DNA of 64,000 nucleotides from Verrucomicrobiota bacterium (GTDB taxonomy: Bacteria; Verrucomicrobiota; Verrucomicrobiia; Limisphaerales; JANNEF01). The position numbers and the translations under genes are program-made. This document shows positions 45,200 to 54,233 of this stretch, one piece after another (position 1 is the stretch's first letter; each line of letters opens with the position of its first letter). The stretch covers positions 693-64,692 of the forward strand of contig JANNEF010000105.1 in NCBI GenBank assembly GCA_031378375.1. The letters are read 5' to 3'. The notes under the pieces were generated by a model, which worked only from the letters and a program-made list of their open reading frames with translations, searched no databases and was not told the DNA's origin.

Positions 45200-46666
45200 A
45201 TGATGAAAACGACTCCGCGAAAACTGACCGCCAGTGCTGTGATGCTCGCCACTGTCTCGGCCGCCTATTCCAAGAAAAACTACCCCACCCCCGCGCCACC
45301 ACCCAGCCCGGGGATGCTCAATGAGTGGCTGCGCAAAAAGGATGTTTACAACGCCGCGTGGGATGTGGGCGCCCAGGTGCGTCTTCGTTACGAGGCCAAG
45401 GATAATTTTTTCTCCGGCGCAAACGACTTCAAGAAATTCACGCCGAACCCGGATAACTCCTACCGGTTGCAGCGCATCAAGCCGCGCGTCGGCTACACGG
45501 CCGAATGGTTCAGCGTCTTCGTCGAGGGCCGCGGCAGCTACAGCACCGGCGACGACCGCAATCCCAATCCCGAAGCCGACGGCCCGATGGATCTGCACCA
45601 AGGCTACTTCACCGTCGGCAATCACAAGGAGTTTCCCGTCTCGCTGAAAGCCGGGCGGCAGGAATTGAGCTACGGCGACGAGCGCATCATCGGCGCGTTC
45701 GACTGGAACAATCTGGGCCGCGTGTTCGACACTGCGAAGGTGCGCTGGCAGAACCCGTGGTTCGCCGCCGACTTTTTCACTGGCCGGCTGGTCCTGCCGG
45801 ACGACAACAACTTCAACATGCCGAACGACTACGACTGGTTCTCCGGCATATACGCTTCGACTAAAAAAATTCCCAAGCAAACGACCGAAGCCTATTTTCT
45901 CGCGCGCAACACGAGCCCTGGTTCCGCCAGGACGATCACCAGTTCCACGCCGACGGGTGGCGCTTCGCCGCGCGACATCTACACTTTCGGTGTGCGTATG
46001 AAATCCACGCCGGGCGACTGGGGTAACTGGGACTACATGGGCGAATTCATGGGCCAGTTCGGCCACTTCAACGATCCGGCGATCCCCACGGCTTCCGCGC
46101 GCAGTCTTGAGCACCAGGCTTACGCCATCTTTGTCGGCGGCGGTTATACCTGGACGCAACTCGCCTACGCGCCGCGCGTCGGGCTGGAATACAACTTCGG
46201 CTCCGGCGACAGCAACCCCACGGACGGTAAACACGAGACGTTTGAGAACTTGTTCCCAACGAACCACAAGTTTTACGGCTTCATGGATATCTTTTCCTTG
46301 CAGAACATCCACAACGTCCGCCTGACCAGCTCCATCAAACCGGTGCCACGCCTCACACTGACCTTCGACTACCACGCCTTCTGGCTGGCGAATACAGGGG
46401 ACAACTTTTACACGGTCGCAGGCGGGCGGCGTGGTGGCATCGGCATGACGCCGGGCACGGGCTACGGGATCAATCCAAGTTACGGCAGCTACGTCGGGTC
46501 GGAAATTGATTTGGTCGGCACGTTTGCGATCAAGCCCTACGCCAGCGCGCAACTCGGCTACGGACATTTCTTCGTCGGCGATTACGTCAAACAATCCCTC
46601 TCCGCCCCAACGGTCGGTTCGACCGACGCGAACTGGATTTACGCCCAACTGAACCTCAGTTTTTAG
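45200..46666 (+). CDS. Outer-membrane porin, alginate-export (AlgE-like) family
   Basis: 488 aa. It has a signal peptide, an alternating beta-strand pattern and a terminal aromatic residue (LNLSF). GRQELSYGDERIIGAFDWNN is typical of the Alginate_exp family, which is often found in nitrate loci. Confidence 0.7.
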   Translation: MMKTTPRKLTASAVMLATVSAAYSKKNYPTPAPPPSPGMLNEWLRKKDVYNAAWDVGAQVRLRYEAKDNFFSGANDFKKFTPNPDNSYRLQRIKPRVGYTAEWFSVFVEGRGSYSTGDDRNPNPEADGPMDLHQGYFTVGNHKEFPVSLKAGRQELSYGDERIIGAFDWNNLGRVFDTAKVRWQNPWFAADFFTGRLVLPDDNNFNMPNDYDWFSGIYASTKKIPKQTTEAYFLARNTSPGSARTITSSTPTGGASPRDIYTFGVRMKSTPGDWGNWDYMGEFMGQFGHFNDPAIPTASARSLEHQAYAIFVGGGYTWTQLAYAPRVGLEYNFGSGDSNPTDGKHETFENLFPTNHKFYGFMDIFSLQNIHNVRLTSSIKPVPRLTLTFDYHAFWLANTGDNFYTVAGGRRGGIGMTPGTGYGINPSYGSYVGSEIDLVGTFAIKPYASAQLGYGHFFVGDYVKQSLSAPTVGSTDANWIYAQLNLSF

Positions 46667-46686
46667 GAGCCTGCTTAGAAATGGGT

Positions 46687-46716
46687 AGTGGAGCTGGCGC
46701 CCACGCCAGCGCCACT
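46687..46716 (+). terminator. GC-rich hairpin downstream of the porin gene
   Basis: AGTGGAGCTGGCG / CCCA / CGCCAGCGCCACT: a 13-bp stem with one mismatch, 21 nt after the stop. There is no U-run, so it may be a repeat element rather than a terminator. Confidence 0.4.
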
Positions 46717-46992
46717 ATCCAACAGACTCCCAGTTCACTTCCCGCCAGCGTGCGCAAAAAGAGTCAACCGGCGAAGGTTGCGACTCGGGTTGTACCCGCA
46801 TCGAAGTGCGTCGAGCAGTGCCGGAACCTCTTGGAATGGGCCTTCTGACTGCGCCAGTTTCTCTCCCAAGGCCAATGGATTGGCGGCTTTGCAACGGTGC
46901 TGAATTCGTTTCACGCAATCGTTGGAAACAATTCATGCACCAGAATGGCGCCGGGGCCGCCGCTGGCATTGGGCCTGCAAGTGGCGGAGTAG

Positions 46993-48240
46993 ATGAATCA
47001 CGAACCATCGTTTTGGAAGGCCGGACACTTGCCCACGTTGATCGGCGCGTTCCTTTGCTTCTGCGTTTGTTCGATGTGCTGGCTGCTGCTCGGCGGGCTG
47101 GGCAATCACATCGGGGCGGACCTCGGCTTGACGCCGTTGCAAAAGGGATTGCTCGCCGCCGTTCCGTTGCTGGGCGGCGCGCTGTTGCGGCTGCCGTTCG
47201 GCTGGCTCACCGACGCCATCGGCGCGAAGCGGACCGGATTGCTCGTGCTCGCGGCGACCGCCGTGCCGGTGCTGATGGGCTGGCTGTGGGCGCAGTCGTT
47301 CGCGAGCCTGCTGGTCGTGGGCTTTCTCCTCGGCGTCGCGGGCGCGAGTTTCGTCGTTGCGCTGCCGATGGCCAGCCGCTGGTATCCACCGCAATTTCAG
47401 GGACTGGCCATGGGCCTGGCGGGACTCGGACTGACGGGCACATTGTTCGCGACATTTCTTGGACCGCGGCTGGCGGAACGGTTTGGCTGGCAGAATGTCT
47501 TCGGCCTCGCGCTGATTCCCCTGGCGGTCGTCGCAGTTTTGTTCCTGGTGTTTACCAAGGACGCGCCCTGCGTTGTGCGCCGCCAAAGCCTCGCGGACTT
47601 CGCGGGCATGTTGCGCGAGCGCGACATGATTTTGTTCAGCCTGTTCTACGGTGTGACGTTTGGCGGGTTCGTCGGCTTCGCGAGCTTTCTTTCCATCCTC
47701 CTGGGCGACCAATACGGCCTCACCAAAGTCCGCGCCGGCGAACTCGCCGCGCTTGGCGTGATGGCCGGCAGCCTGGTGCGTCCGCTCGGCGGATTGCTCG
47801 CGGACAAGTTCGGCGGCATCCGCATGCTCAACGTGCTGTTCGGCGTGGTCGCGCTGCTCGCGATGGGTGTGGCGCAATTACCCGCCCTGCCCATCACGGT
47901 CGGGCTGTTCGTGGTCGCGATGGCCTGCCTCGGCCTCGGCAATGGCTCGGTCTTTCAGCTCATGCCGCATCGTTACGGCACGCGCGTCGGTGTGGCCACG
48001 GGCATTCTCGGCGCGGCGGGGAGCTTCGGCGGATTTTTTCTGCCGACGCTGCTTGGCTGGCTCAAGCAAACCACCGGCACTTACAGCGGCGGCATGGCGG
48101 TGCTGGCGGCGCTGGCCGTCGTTGCGCTCATCGTGCTGGCGGTGGTGCAGACGGAATGGGTCGGCGTCTGGATCGGCAAACACGGCCGCGTCGAATCGCG
48201 GCCGGCGACCCCGCCAATCAGGGAAGCCAACATCGCCTGA
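46993..48240 (+). CDS. narK: MFS nitrate/nitrite transporter (NarK/NasA-type)
   Basis: 415 aa with 12 predicted TM segments. GADLGLTPLQKGLLAAVPLLGGALLRLPFGWLTD and GAAGSFGGFFLP resemble the NNP-family signatures. Confidence 0.85.
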   Translation: MNHEPSFWKAGHLPTLIGAFLCFCVCSMCWLLLGGLGNHIGADLGLTPLQKGLLAAVPLLGGALLRLPFGWLTDAIGAKRTGLLVLAATAVPVLMGWLWAQSFASLLVVGFLLGVAGASFVVALPMASRWYPPQFQGLAMGLAGLGLTGTLFATFLGPRLAERFGWQNVFGLALIPLAVVAVLFLVFTKDAPCVVRRQSLADFAGMLRERDMILFSLFYGVTFGGFVGFASFLSILLGDQYGLTKVRAGELAALGVMAGSLVRPLGGLLADKFGGIRMLNVLFGVVALLAMGVAQLPALPITVGLFVVAMACLGLGNGSVFQLMPHRYGTRVGVATGILGAAGSFGGFFLPTLLGWLKQTTGTYSGGMAVLAALAVVALIVLAVVQTEWVGVWIGKHGRVESRPATPPIREANIA

Positions 48241-48247
48241 TTCGCCG

Positions 48248-49960
48248 ATGCCCAGCCCGCCTTCAACCAGACAACCCTTGCGCGAATCCGACACGAACGA
48301 CGGGCGCACGCTGATTGACGACTTGCTCGCCGAGCAGCGTCAACTCACCGCCGTCGAACAATTCTCCCGCGCGCACGACGCCCACGAAGTCCACGGCCGC
48401 CGCTACCGCGATCTGCTTCCCGCCAATGCGCCCGCGCCCGGACAGCAATACGCCTTCGAGGTGGACCTCGACCAGTGCAGCGGCTGCAAGGCGTGCGTGA
48501 CCGCGTGCCATTCGCTCAACGGCCTCGACGACGACGAGACCTGGCGCAGCGTCGGCGCGTTGCACTCCGCCAATGTGCGCCAGCCGCTCAAACAGATCGT
48601 CACCACGGCCTGTCATCATTGCGTGGATCCCGGTTGCCTCACCGGCTGTCCCGTGCTCGCCTACGACAAAGACCCCGTCACGGGCATCGTTCGCCACCTG
48701 GATGACCAGTGCATCGGCTGCCAGTATTGCGTGATGAAATGTCCCTACGAGGTGCCGCAGTACTCGAAGACTCGCGGCATCGTGCGCAAGTGCGACATGT
48801 GCAGCTCGCGCCTCGCCGTCGGTGAAGCCCCCGCGTGCGTGCAAGCCTGCCCGAACGAGGCGATCCGCATCACGGTGGTGGATCAGGCGAAGGTGCGCGG
48901 GAAGTATCGCAGGCTAAAATCCGAAGGCCGAAATCCGAAATCCGAATCAAATCCGAAGGCCGATAACCAAAACTCGCCATTCGGATTTCGGAATTCTTTC
49001 GGGCTTCGGGCTTCAGATTTCGGATTTCACAACTCCTTCCTCCCCGACTCGCCGAATCCCGCCATCACGCTTCCGACGACCCGTTACGTTTCCAAGCGCG
49101 CCCTGCCCGGCGACCTCGAAGCCGCTGACGCCCATGAACTCCGCCGCGCGAAGCCGCATCCGCCGCTCACCCTCATGCTGGTGCTCACCCAACTCGGCGC
49201 GGGGCTGGCGCTGATGGACGCGCTCACGGGCGGCGCGGCGCGGATGCTGGCAGCCGTCGCCCTCGCGGCCAGCGCCCTCGGCGTCGTCGCGGGCACGCTG
49301 CACCTGGGCCAGCCGCTCAAGGCGTGGCGCAGTTTTCTCGGCTGGCGCAAATCATGGCTGAGTCGCGAGTTGATTGCCTTCGGCGCTTTCGTCGGCGTGC
49401 TCGGCTCGCATCTGGCCATTGGCCGTCCGCTCTCCGCCGGTCTCGCCGCGCTCACCGGACTCCTCGCGGTCGCGTGCTCGGCGATGGTTTACGCGGACAC
49501 GCGCCGGCCGTTCTGGAACGCGCCGATGACATTTGGAAAATTCCTCGGCACCACGCTGTTGCTCGGCGGGGCGGGGTCCCTGTTGCTGTCGGCGCTTGCC
49601 ACGAATCCACTCCTGCCGCGCCCTCTGGTGGTCGCCGTGATCGTGCTCGGCACCATCTTCAAGCTGGCCGTGGAGAATCGCATCTTCCGCTTTCTCGTGG
49701 ACGAACAAGACCCGCACCTCACCGCTCTCAACAAGACCGCCCTGCTGCTCAACGGCCTGTTCGGCCGGCTCTCGCGCGGTCGCGTGGCTTGCGCCCTCGC
49801 GGGTGGAGTGGTGCTTCCGGCGTTGATGCTTGTCACCGGCGCGGGCGTCGCCTTGCCCGCGTTGGCGCTGACGTTGTGCGTCGCGGGTGAACTCATCGAG
49901 CGCCATCTCTTTTTCGTCGCCGAGGTCGCGCCCAAAATGCCGGGAGGCCGGGGAGTATGA
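48248..49960 (+). CDS. Fusion of a 4x[4Fe-4S] ferredoxin (DmsB/NrfC-like) and a DmsC-like polytopic membrane anchor
   Basis: Track ORF trimmed to the ATG at 48248. It has four Cys clusters ([41 protein letters not shown]...CVQACP). About 8 hydrophobic helices follow, from residue ~300. The stop overlaps the nasA start (ATGA). Confidence 0.8.
   Translation: MPSPPSTRQPLRESDTNDGRTLIDDLLAEQRQLTAVEQFSRAHDAHEVHGRRYRDLLPANAPAPGQQYAFEVDLDQCSGCKACVTACHSLNGLDDDETWRSVGALHSANVRQPLKQIVTTACHHCVDPGCLTGCPVLAYDKDPVTGIVRHLDDQCIGCQYCVMKCPYEVPQYSKTRGIVRKCDMCSSRLAVGEAPACVQACPNEAIRITVVDQAKVRGKYRRLKSEGRNPKSESNPKADNQNSPFGFRNSFGLRASDFGFHNSFLPDSPNPAITLPTTRYVSKRALPGDLEAADAHELRRAKPHPPLTLMLVLTQLGAGLALMDALTGGAARMLAAVALAASALGVVAGTLHLGQPLKAWRSFLGWRKSWLSRELIAFGAFVGVLGSHLAIGRPLSAGLAALTGLLAVACSAMVYADTRRPFWNAPMTFGKFLGTTLLLGGAGSLLLSALATNPLLPRPLVVAVIVLGTIFKLAVENRIFRFLVDEQDPHLTALNKTALLLNGLFGRLSRGRVACALAGGVVLPALMLVTGAGVALPALALTLCVAGELIERHLFFVAEVAPKMPGGRGV
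48915..49030. repeat. AATCCGA-word palindromic element (in-frame copy inside the FeS/DmsC gene)
   Basis: The left arm is TAAAATCCGAAGGCCGAAATCCGAAATCCGAATCAAATCCGAAGGCCGA, followed by a 15-nt spacer. The right arm is ATTCGGATTTCGGAATTCTTTCGGGCTTCGGGCTTCAGATTTCGGATTTCAC. It is translated as [39 protein letters not shown]. Confidence 0.85.
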
Positions 49961-52362
49961 AGACCACGGGAGCCACAACCAGGCGCGCGGCTGTGGTCGC
50001 AGACCCAGCCGCAGCGCCCACGCAACGACAACGAGCTGCGGCTGATCCTACGGACCCAGCCGCGCTCCAATCGAACTCCCTTCTCCGTCAATGGAGCGGC
50101 CCGCTGTCCTCCGACCTCACGTTGCATCCCGGCGACTTTGGTCTCGGCAGAATCCCCGCCCGCCTTCGCCCCGACGCCACCACACGCTCCATCTGCGGCT
50201 TCTGCTCCACGGGCTGTTCGCTTGACGTTCACCTGCAATCCGGCGTGGCCGTGAACCTCACGCCCACGGTGGACTATCCGGTGAATCTGGGCATGGCGTG
50301 CCCGAAAGGCTGGGAGGCGCTCACCTGTCTGGCCGCGCCGGATCGCGCCACACAACCGCTTTTGCGCAATCCCGACACCGGCAAACTCGAACCCACCGAC
50401 TGGGACGAAGCGATGCAGGTCTTCACGCTGAAGTTCAAGGCGCTGATGGATCAGCACGGGCCGGAGAGTGTGGCGTTTCTCAGCACCGGCCAGATTTGCA
50501 CGGAGGAGATGGCGCTCCTCGGCGCGCTTTGGAAGTTCGGCATGGGCGCGTTGCACGGCGACTCGAACACGCGCCAGTGCATGGCCACCAGCCACGTTGC
50601 CTACAAGCAGAGCTTCGGCTTCGACGCGCCGCCCTACACCTACGCGGACTTCGAGGAGTCGGACACGCTCGTCTTCATCGGCTCGAATCTCTGCATCGCG
50701 CACCCGATTCTCTGGCAGCGCGTCCTGCGGAACAAAAAAAATCCCGCCCTCATCGTCATTGACCCGCGCAAGACGGAGACGGCGATGAACGCGACCCAGC
50801 ACGTCGCGCTGCGGCCCAAGTCCGACCTCACGCTGCTCTACGGCCTGGCGAACCTGCTGGTGCAGGGCGGCTGGATTGACCGCGCGTTCATCGAGCGCAG
50901 CACGACGGGATTCGCGGAGTTCGCGGAGTTCGTGCGGCAGTTCACACCCGACAAAGTTGCGGCGGAGACCGGCTTGACCGTGGGCGAATTGTCCCGCGTC
51001 GCCGAGACCATCGCGAAGGGCAAGGCCGTGAGTTTCTGGTGGACGATGGGCGTGAACCAGAGCCACGAGAGCACGCGCACCGCGCAGGCCGTCATCAATC
51101 TCGCGCTGATGACCGGCAACATCGGCCGTCCCGGCACCGGCGCGAACAGCATCACCGGCCAGTGCAACGCGATGGGCTCGCGCCTGTTCGCCAACGCCTC
51201 GGGACTGCTTGGCGGGCGCGACTTCCTCAACGCTGAACATCGCGCCGAGGTATCGCGCGCGTTGCACATCGCGCCGGAAAGCATTCCCGCGAAGAACTCG
51301 CTCGCCTACGACCAAATCATGCAGGGCATCGCCGAGGGCCGGATCAAGGGCCTATGGGTCATCGCCACGAACACGGCGCACTCGTGGATTGATTCCGCCC
51401 GCGCCTGTGGCGCACTCGACAAGCTGGAATTTCTCGTCGTGCAGGACATGTTCACGACCACCGACACGGCGAAACGCGCGCATCTGATTTTGCCCGCCGC
51501 CGGCTGGGGCGAGAAGGAGGGCACGTTCATAAACAGCGAGCGGCGCTTCGGTCACATCAAGAAAGTGTCACGCGCGCCCGGCCAGGCGTTGAGCGATTTT
51601 AACATCTTCCGCCTGGTAGCCGAATACTGGGGCTGCGCCGGGATGTTCAGCCAGTGGACTTCGCCGCAGGCCGTTTTCCAAATCCTGAAAAGACTTTCCG
51701 CCGGTCGCCCGTGCGACATCACGGGCATCGAAGACTACCGGCATCTGGATGCGAGCGGCGGGATTCAGTGGCCGCTGGCAAAAGAACGTGAGTCAGTAAT
51801 CAGTGAGCCAGTGACCAGTGAACGCGAGATGGCGACGGGTTCCGCTACTGATTCACTGAATACTGGCGCACTGATTACTGATCACTCTCCCCGCGAACGC
51901 CGCCTCTTCGCCGACGGCAAGTTCTTCACTCCCGATGGCCGCGCAAAATTCCTCTTTGACCCGCCACGTCCCGTCGCCGAGCCGGTGGACAGCGAGTATC
52001 CGTTCGTGCTGTTGACCGGACGCGGCACGAGCGCGCAATGGCACACAAACACGCGCACCGGCAAGTCCGCCGTCTTGCGCACGCTGTATCCGGCCAACCC
52101 CTACGTGGAGATCCATCCGAAAGACGCCGCGCGATTGCGAATCGAACCAAACACGACCGTCGCCGTCATCTCACGACGCGGGCGCGTTGAGTGCGCCGCG
52201 GTGGTCACACCCATCGTGCAGCCCGGACAGGTCTTCATCCCGATGCATTACGACCTGACGAACCAATTGACCCGCGCCGAGTTCGATCCGCACTCGCGCC
52301 AGCCCAGCTACAAACATTGCGCAGTGCGAATTGAACCGACGCGCAACGGTTCCAACAAATGA
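49957..52362 (+). CDS. nasA: Molybdopterin (bis-MGD) oxidoreductase, assimilatory nitrate reductase type (NasA/NarB-like)
   Basis: 801 aa with an N-terminal FeS motif ([10 protein letters not shown]...CPKG) and MGD-binding segments ([14 protein letters not shown]). The C-terminal barrel has [20 protein letters not shown] and the tail [10 protein letters not shown]. Confidence 0.85.
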   Translation: MKTTGATTRRAAVVADPAAAPTQRQRAAADPTDPAALQSNSLLRQWSGPLSSDLTLHPGDFGLGRIPARLRPDATTRSICGFCSTGCSLDVHLQSGVAVNLTPTVDYPVNLGMACPKGWEALTCLAAPDRATQPLLRNPDTGKLEPTDWDEAMQVFTLKFKALMDQHGPESVAFLSTGQICTEEMALLGALWKFGMGALHGDSNTRQCMATSHVAYKQSFGFDAPPYTYADFEESDTLVFIGSNLCIAHPILWQRVLRNKKNPALIVIDPRKTETAMNATQHVALRPKSDLTLLYGLANLLVQGGWIDRAFIERSTTGFAEFAEFVRQFTPDKVAAETGLTVGELSRVAETIAKGKAVSFWWTMGVNQSHESTRTAQAVINLALMTGNIGRPGTGANSITGQCNAMGSRLFANASGLLGGRDFLNAEHRAEVSRALHIAPESIPAKNSLAYDQIMQGIAEGRIKGLWVIATNTAHSWIDSARACGALDKLEFLVVQDMFTTTDTAKRAHLILPAAGWGEKEGTFINSERRFGHIKKVSRAPGQALSDFNIFRLVAEYWGCAGMFSQWTSPQAVFQILKRLSAGRPCDITGIEDYRHLDASGGIQWPLAKERESVISEPVTSEREMATGSATDSLNTGALITDHSPRERRLFADGKFFTPDGRAKFLFDPPRPVAEPVDSEYPFVLLTGRGTSAQWHTNTRTGKSAVLRTLYPANPYVEIHPKDAARLRIEPNTTVAVISRRGRVECAAVVTPIVQPGQVFIPMHYDLTNQLTRAEFDPHSRQPSYKHCAVRIEPTRNGSNK
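51788..51887. repeat. CAGT-word palindromic element (in-frame copy inside nasA)
   Basis: The left arm is GTGAGTCAGTAATCAGTGAGCCAGTGACCAGTGAAC, followed by a 23-nt spacer. The right arm is TACTGATTCACTGAATACTGGCGCACTGATTACTGATCACTC. It is translated as [33 protein letters not shown]. Confidence 0.85.
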
Positions 52363-54233
52363 GCGCCACGGAGTCCAACATCGTTGAGTTGCCCAAGTCG
52401 CCCGGACGCGAATTCACGCCCGAGCAAAAGGAATATCTCGCCGGCTTCATGGCAGGCATCGCGCAGCGCGGAATGATCCCCTTCGTCGGCGCGATGCCGG
52501 ATGGCCGCCTCACCGCTGACCCGGCGCACGGCGGCGACAATCTCGCCGCGCCGCGCGAGGAGACGGTGTTCGGCACGCCGCTCTCGGAGTTATGCAAACA
52601 GGAGCGATGGAAGTACGAGGAAAACCCGCTGGACGTTTGGGACAAGCTGCTCGCCTGCGCCGAGCAGGACAAACTACCCGACGAGGCGGACACTTTTCGC
52701 TTTCGGGCGCACGGCCTGTTCAACGTCGCCCCGGCGCAGAACGCCTTCATGCTGCGCTGCCGCATCCCCGCCGGCGAGTTGACGGCGGCGCAACTCAAGG
52801 GCCTCGCCGACATCGCGGAGGAATGGGGCGGCGGCTGGGCGGACATCACCACGCGGTCGAATATCCAGATTCGACAAATTGCGCCGCGCCACATCATCAA
52901 GGTGCTGACGCGGCTGCAGGAACTCGGACTCACCGCGCGCGGTTCCGGCGTGGACAACATTCGAAATGTCACCGCGTCGCCCACGGCGGGCTTCGACGCG
53001 GCGGAGTTGATTGACACGCGCCCGCTGGCGCACGCGCTGCACCACTACATCCTCAATCACCGCGACCTCTACGGGCTGCCGCGCAAGTTCAACGTCGCCT
53101 TCGACGGCGGCGGCGCGGTGAGCGCGGTGGCGGACACGAATGACATCGGGTTCGTGGCGGTACGAGTGGCGCAGGCTTCCAGCCTGAGTCCGGCGGGCTT
53201 GCCGCCCGCGAATCTGGGGCAGGGTGCCCCAAGCGGCAGGCTGGAAGCCTGCCCCACTATCGAGCCCGGCACCTACTTCCGCGTCGAACTCGCCGGCATC
53301 ACCGGGCACCGGCAGTTCGCGAAGGACGCGGGCATTCTCGTGAAGCCGGGCGAATGCCTGGCCGTCGCCGCCGCGATGATTCGCGTGTTCTGTGAGCACG
53401 GCGACCGTACCGACCGCAAGAAGGCGCGGCTGAAATACCTGATTGATAAGTGGGGCATCCCGAAGTTCCTCGAAGCGACGCAAGCGAAACTCGCCTTTGC
53501 GCTCCGTCATTTTCCGTTGGAGCAGTGCGAGCCGCGCCATCCGGCGGTGAAGCACGGGCACATCGGCGTGTTCAAGCAGGCGCAGCGCAACTTGAACTAC
53601 GTCGGCGTCGTCATCCCCGTGGGCCGGATGCAGGCGCGGCAAATGCGCCGGCTCGCCGACCTCGCGGCAAATTACGGCTCTGGCCACCTGCGCCTGACGC
53701 CGTGGCAGAATCTGCTATTGCCGAACATCCCCGACGGTTTCGTCGAGACGGTGAAGCGCAATCTCCTCCGCATCGGTTTCCACTATGAAGCCAGCACCAT
53801 CGCCGGCGGCCTCGTCGCCTGCACCGGCAACACCGGTTGTAAGTGGGCCGCGACGAACACCAAGGGCCAGGCGGTGGAGCTGGCGCGCTATCTGGAAAAG
53901 CGCGTGCAACTCGACCAGCCGATCAACATCCATCTCACCGGCTGCCCGAACTCCTGCGCGCAGCACTACATGGGCGACATCGGCCTGCAAGGGGCGCGCG
54001 TCACGTTGAGCGGCGAGTCGGTGGAGGCGTATCACGTCGTGCTTGGTGGCGGTTACGGCGCGGAGCAGGCGGTAGCAAAGGAAGTGTTCAAAGGCATCCC
54101 GTTCTCCGCGCTGCCGGAGCTGCTGGAGCGGGTGCTCATTGTTTACCAGGAGAAGCGGGCGGCGGGCGAGAGCTTCGCCGCGTTCACGCGCCGGCATGAA
54201 GTGAAACAACTGCAAGAGATGTTTTCTGAGTGA
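52359..54233 (+). CDS. nirA: Sirohaem/[4Fe-4S] nitrite (or sulfite) reductase hemoprotein, NirA-type
   Basis: 624 aa. It has duplicated NIR_SIR halves and the cluster/sirohaem Cys motif ([11 protein letters not shown]...[17 protein letters not shown]). The start overlaps the nasA stop (ATGA). Confidence 0.85.
   Translation: MSATESNIVELPKSPGREFTPEQKEYLAGFMAGIAQRGMIPFVGAMPDGRLTADPAHGGDNLAAPREETVFGTPLSELCKQERWKYEENPLDVWDKLLACAEQDKLPDEADTFRFRAHGLFNVAPAQNAFMLRCRIPAGELTAAQLKGLADIAEEWGGGWADITTRSNIQIRQIAPRHIIKVLTRLQELGLTARGSGVDNIRNVTASPTAGFDAAELIDTRPLAHALHHYILNHRDLYGLPRKFNVAFDGGGAVSAVADTNDIGFVAVRVAQASSLSPAGLPPANLGQGAPSGRLEACPTIEPGTYFRVELAGITGHRQFAKDAGILVKPGECLAVAAAMIRVFCEHGDRTDRKKARLKYLIDKWGIPKFLEATQAKLAFALRHFPLEQCEPRHPAVKHGHIGVFKQAQRNLNYVGVVIPVGRMQARQMRRLADLAANYGSGHLRLTPWQNLLLPNIPDGFVETVKRNLLRIGFHYEASTIAGGLVACTGNTGCKWAATNTKGQAVELARYLEKRVQLDQPINIHLTGCPNSCAQHYMGDIGLQGARVTLSGESVEAYHVVLGGGYGAEQAVAKEVFKGIPFSALPELLERVLIVYQEKRAAGESFAAFTRRHEVKQLQEMFSE
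53171..53252. repeat. Inverted-repeat element inside nirA (in frame)
   Basis: Perfect 16-bp inverted repeat GCAGGCTTCCAGCCTG (53171-86) / CAGGCTGGAAGCCTGC (53237-52). It encloses two small hairpins (GCGGG-CTTGCCG-CCCGC and GGGGCA-GGG-TGCCCC). It is translated as [28 protein letters not shown]. Confidence 0.8.

Noticed and set aside
49957-50040. Possible twin-arginine signal on the nitrate reductase ([21 protein letters not shown]...)
   Set aside because: The RR is followed by a short, Asp/Pro-interrupted Ala stretch and then a charged region ([13 protein letters not shown]). There is no hydrophobic h-region or AxA site. It is treated as cytoplasmic, but this should be tested with TatP.
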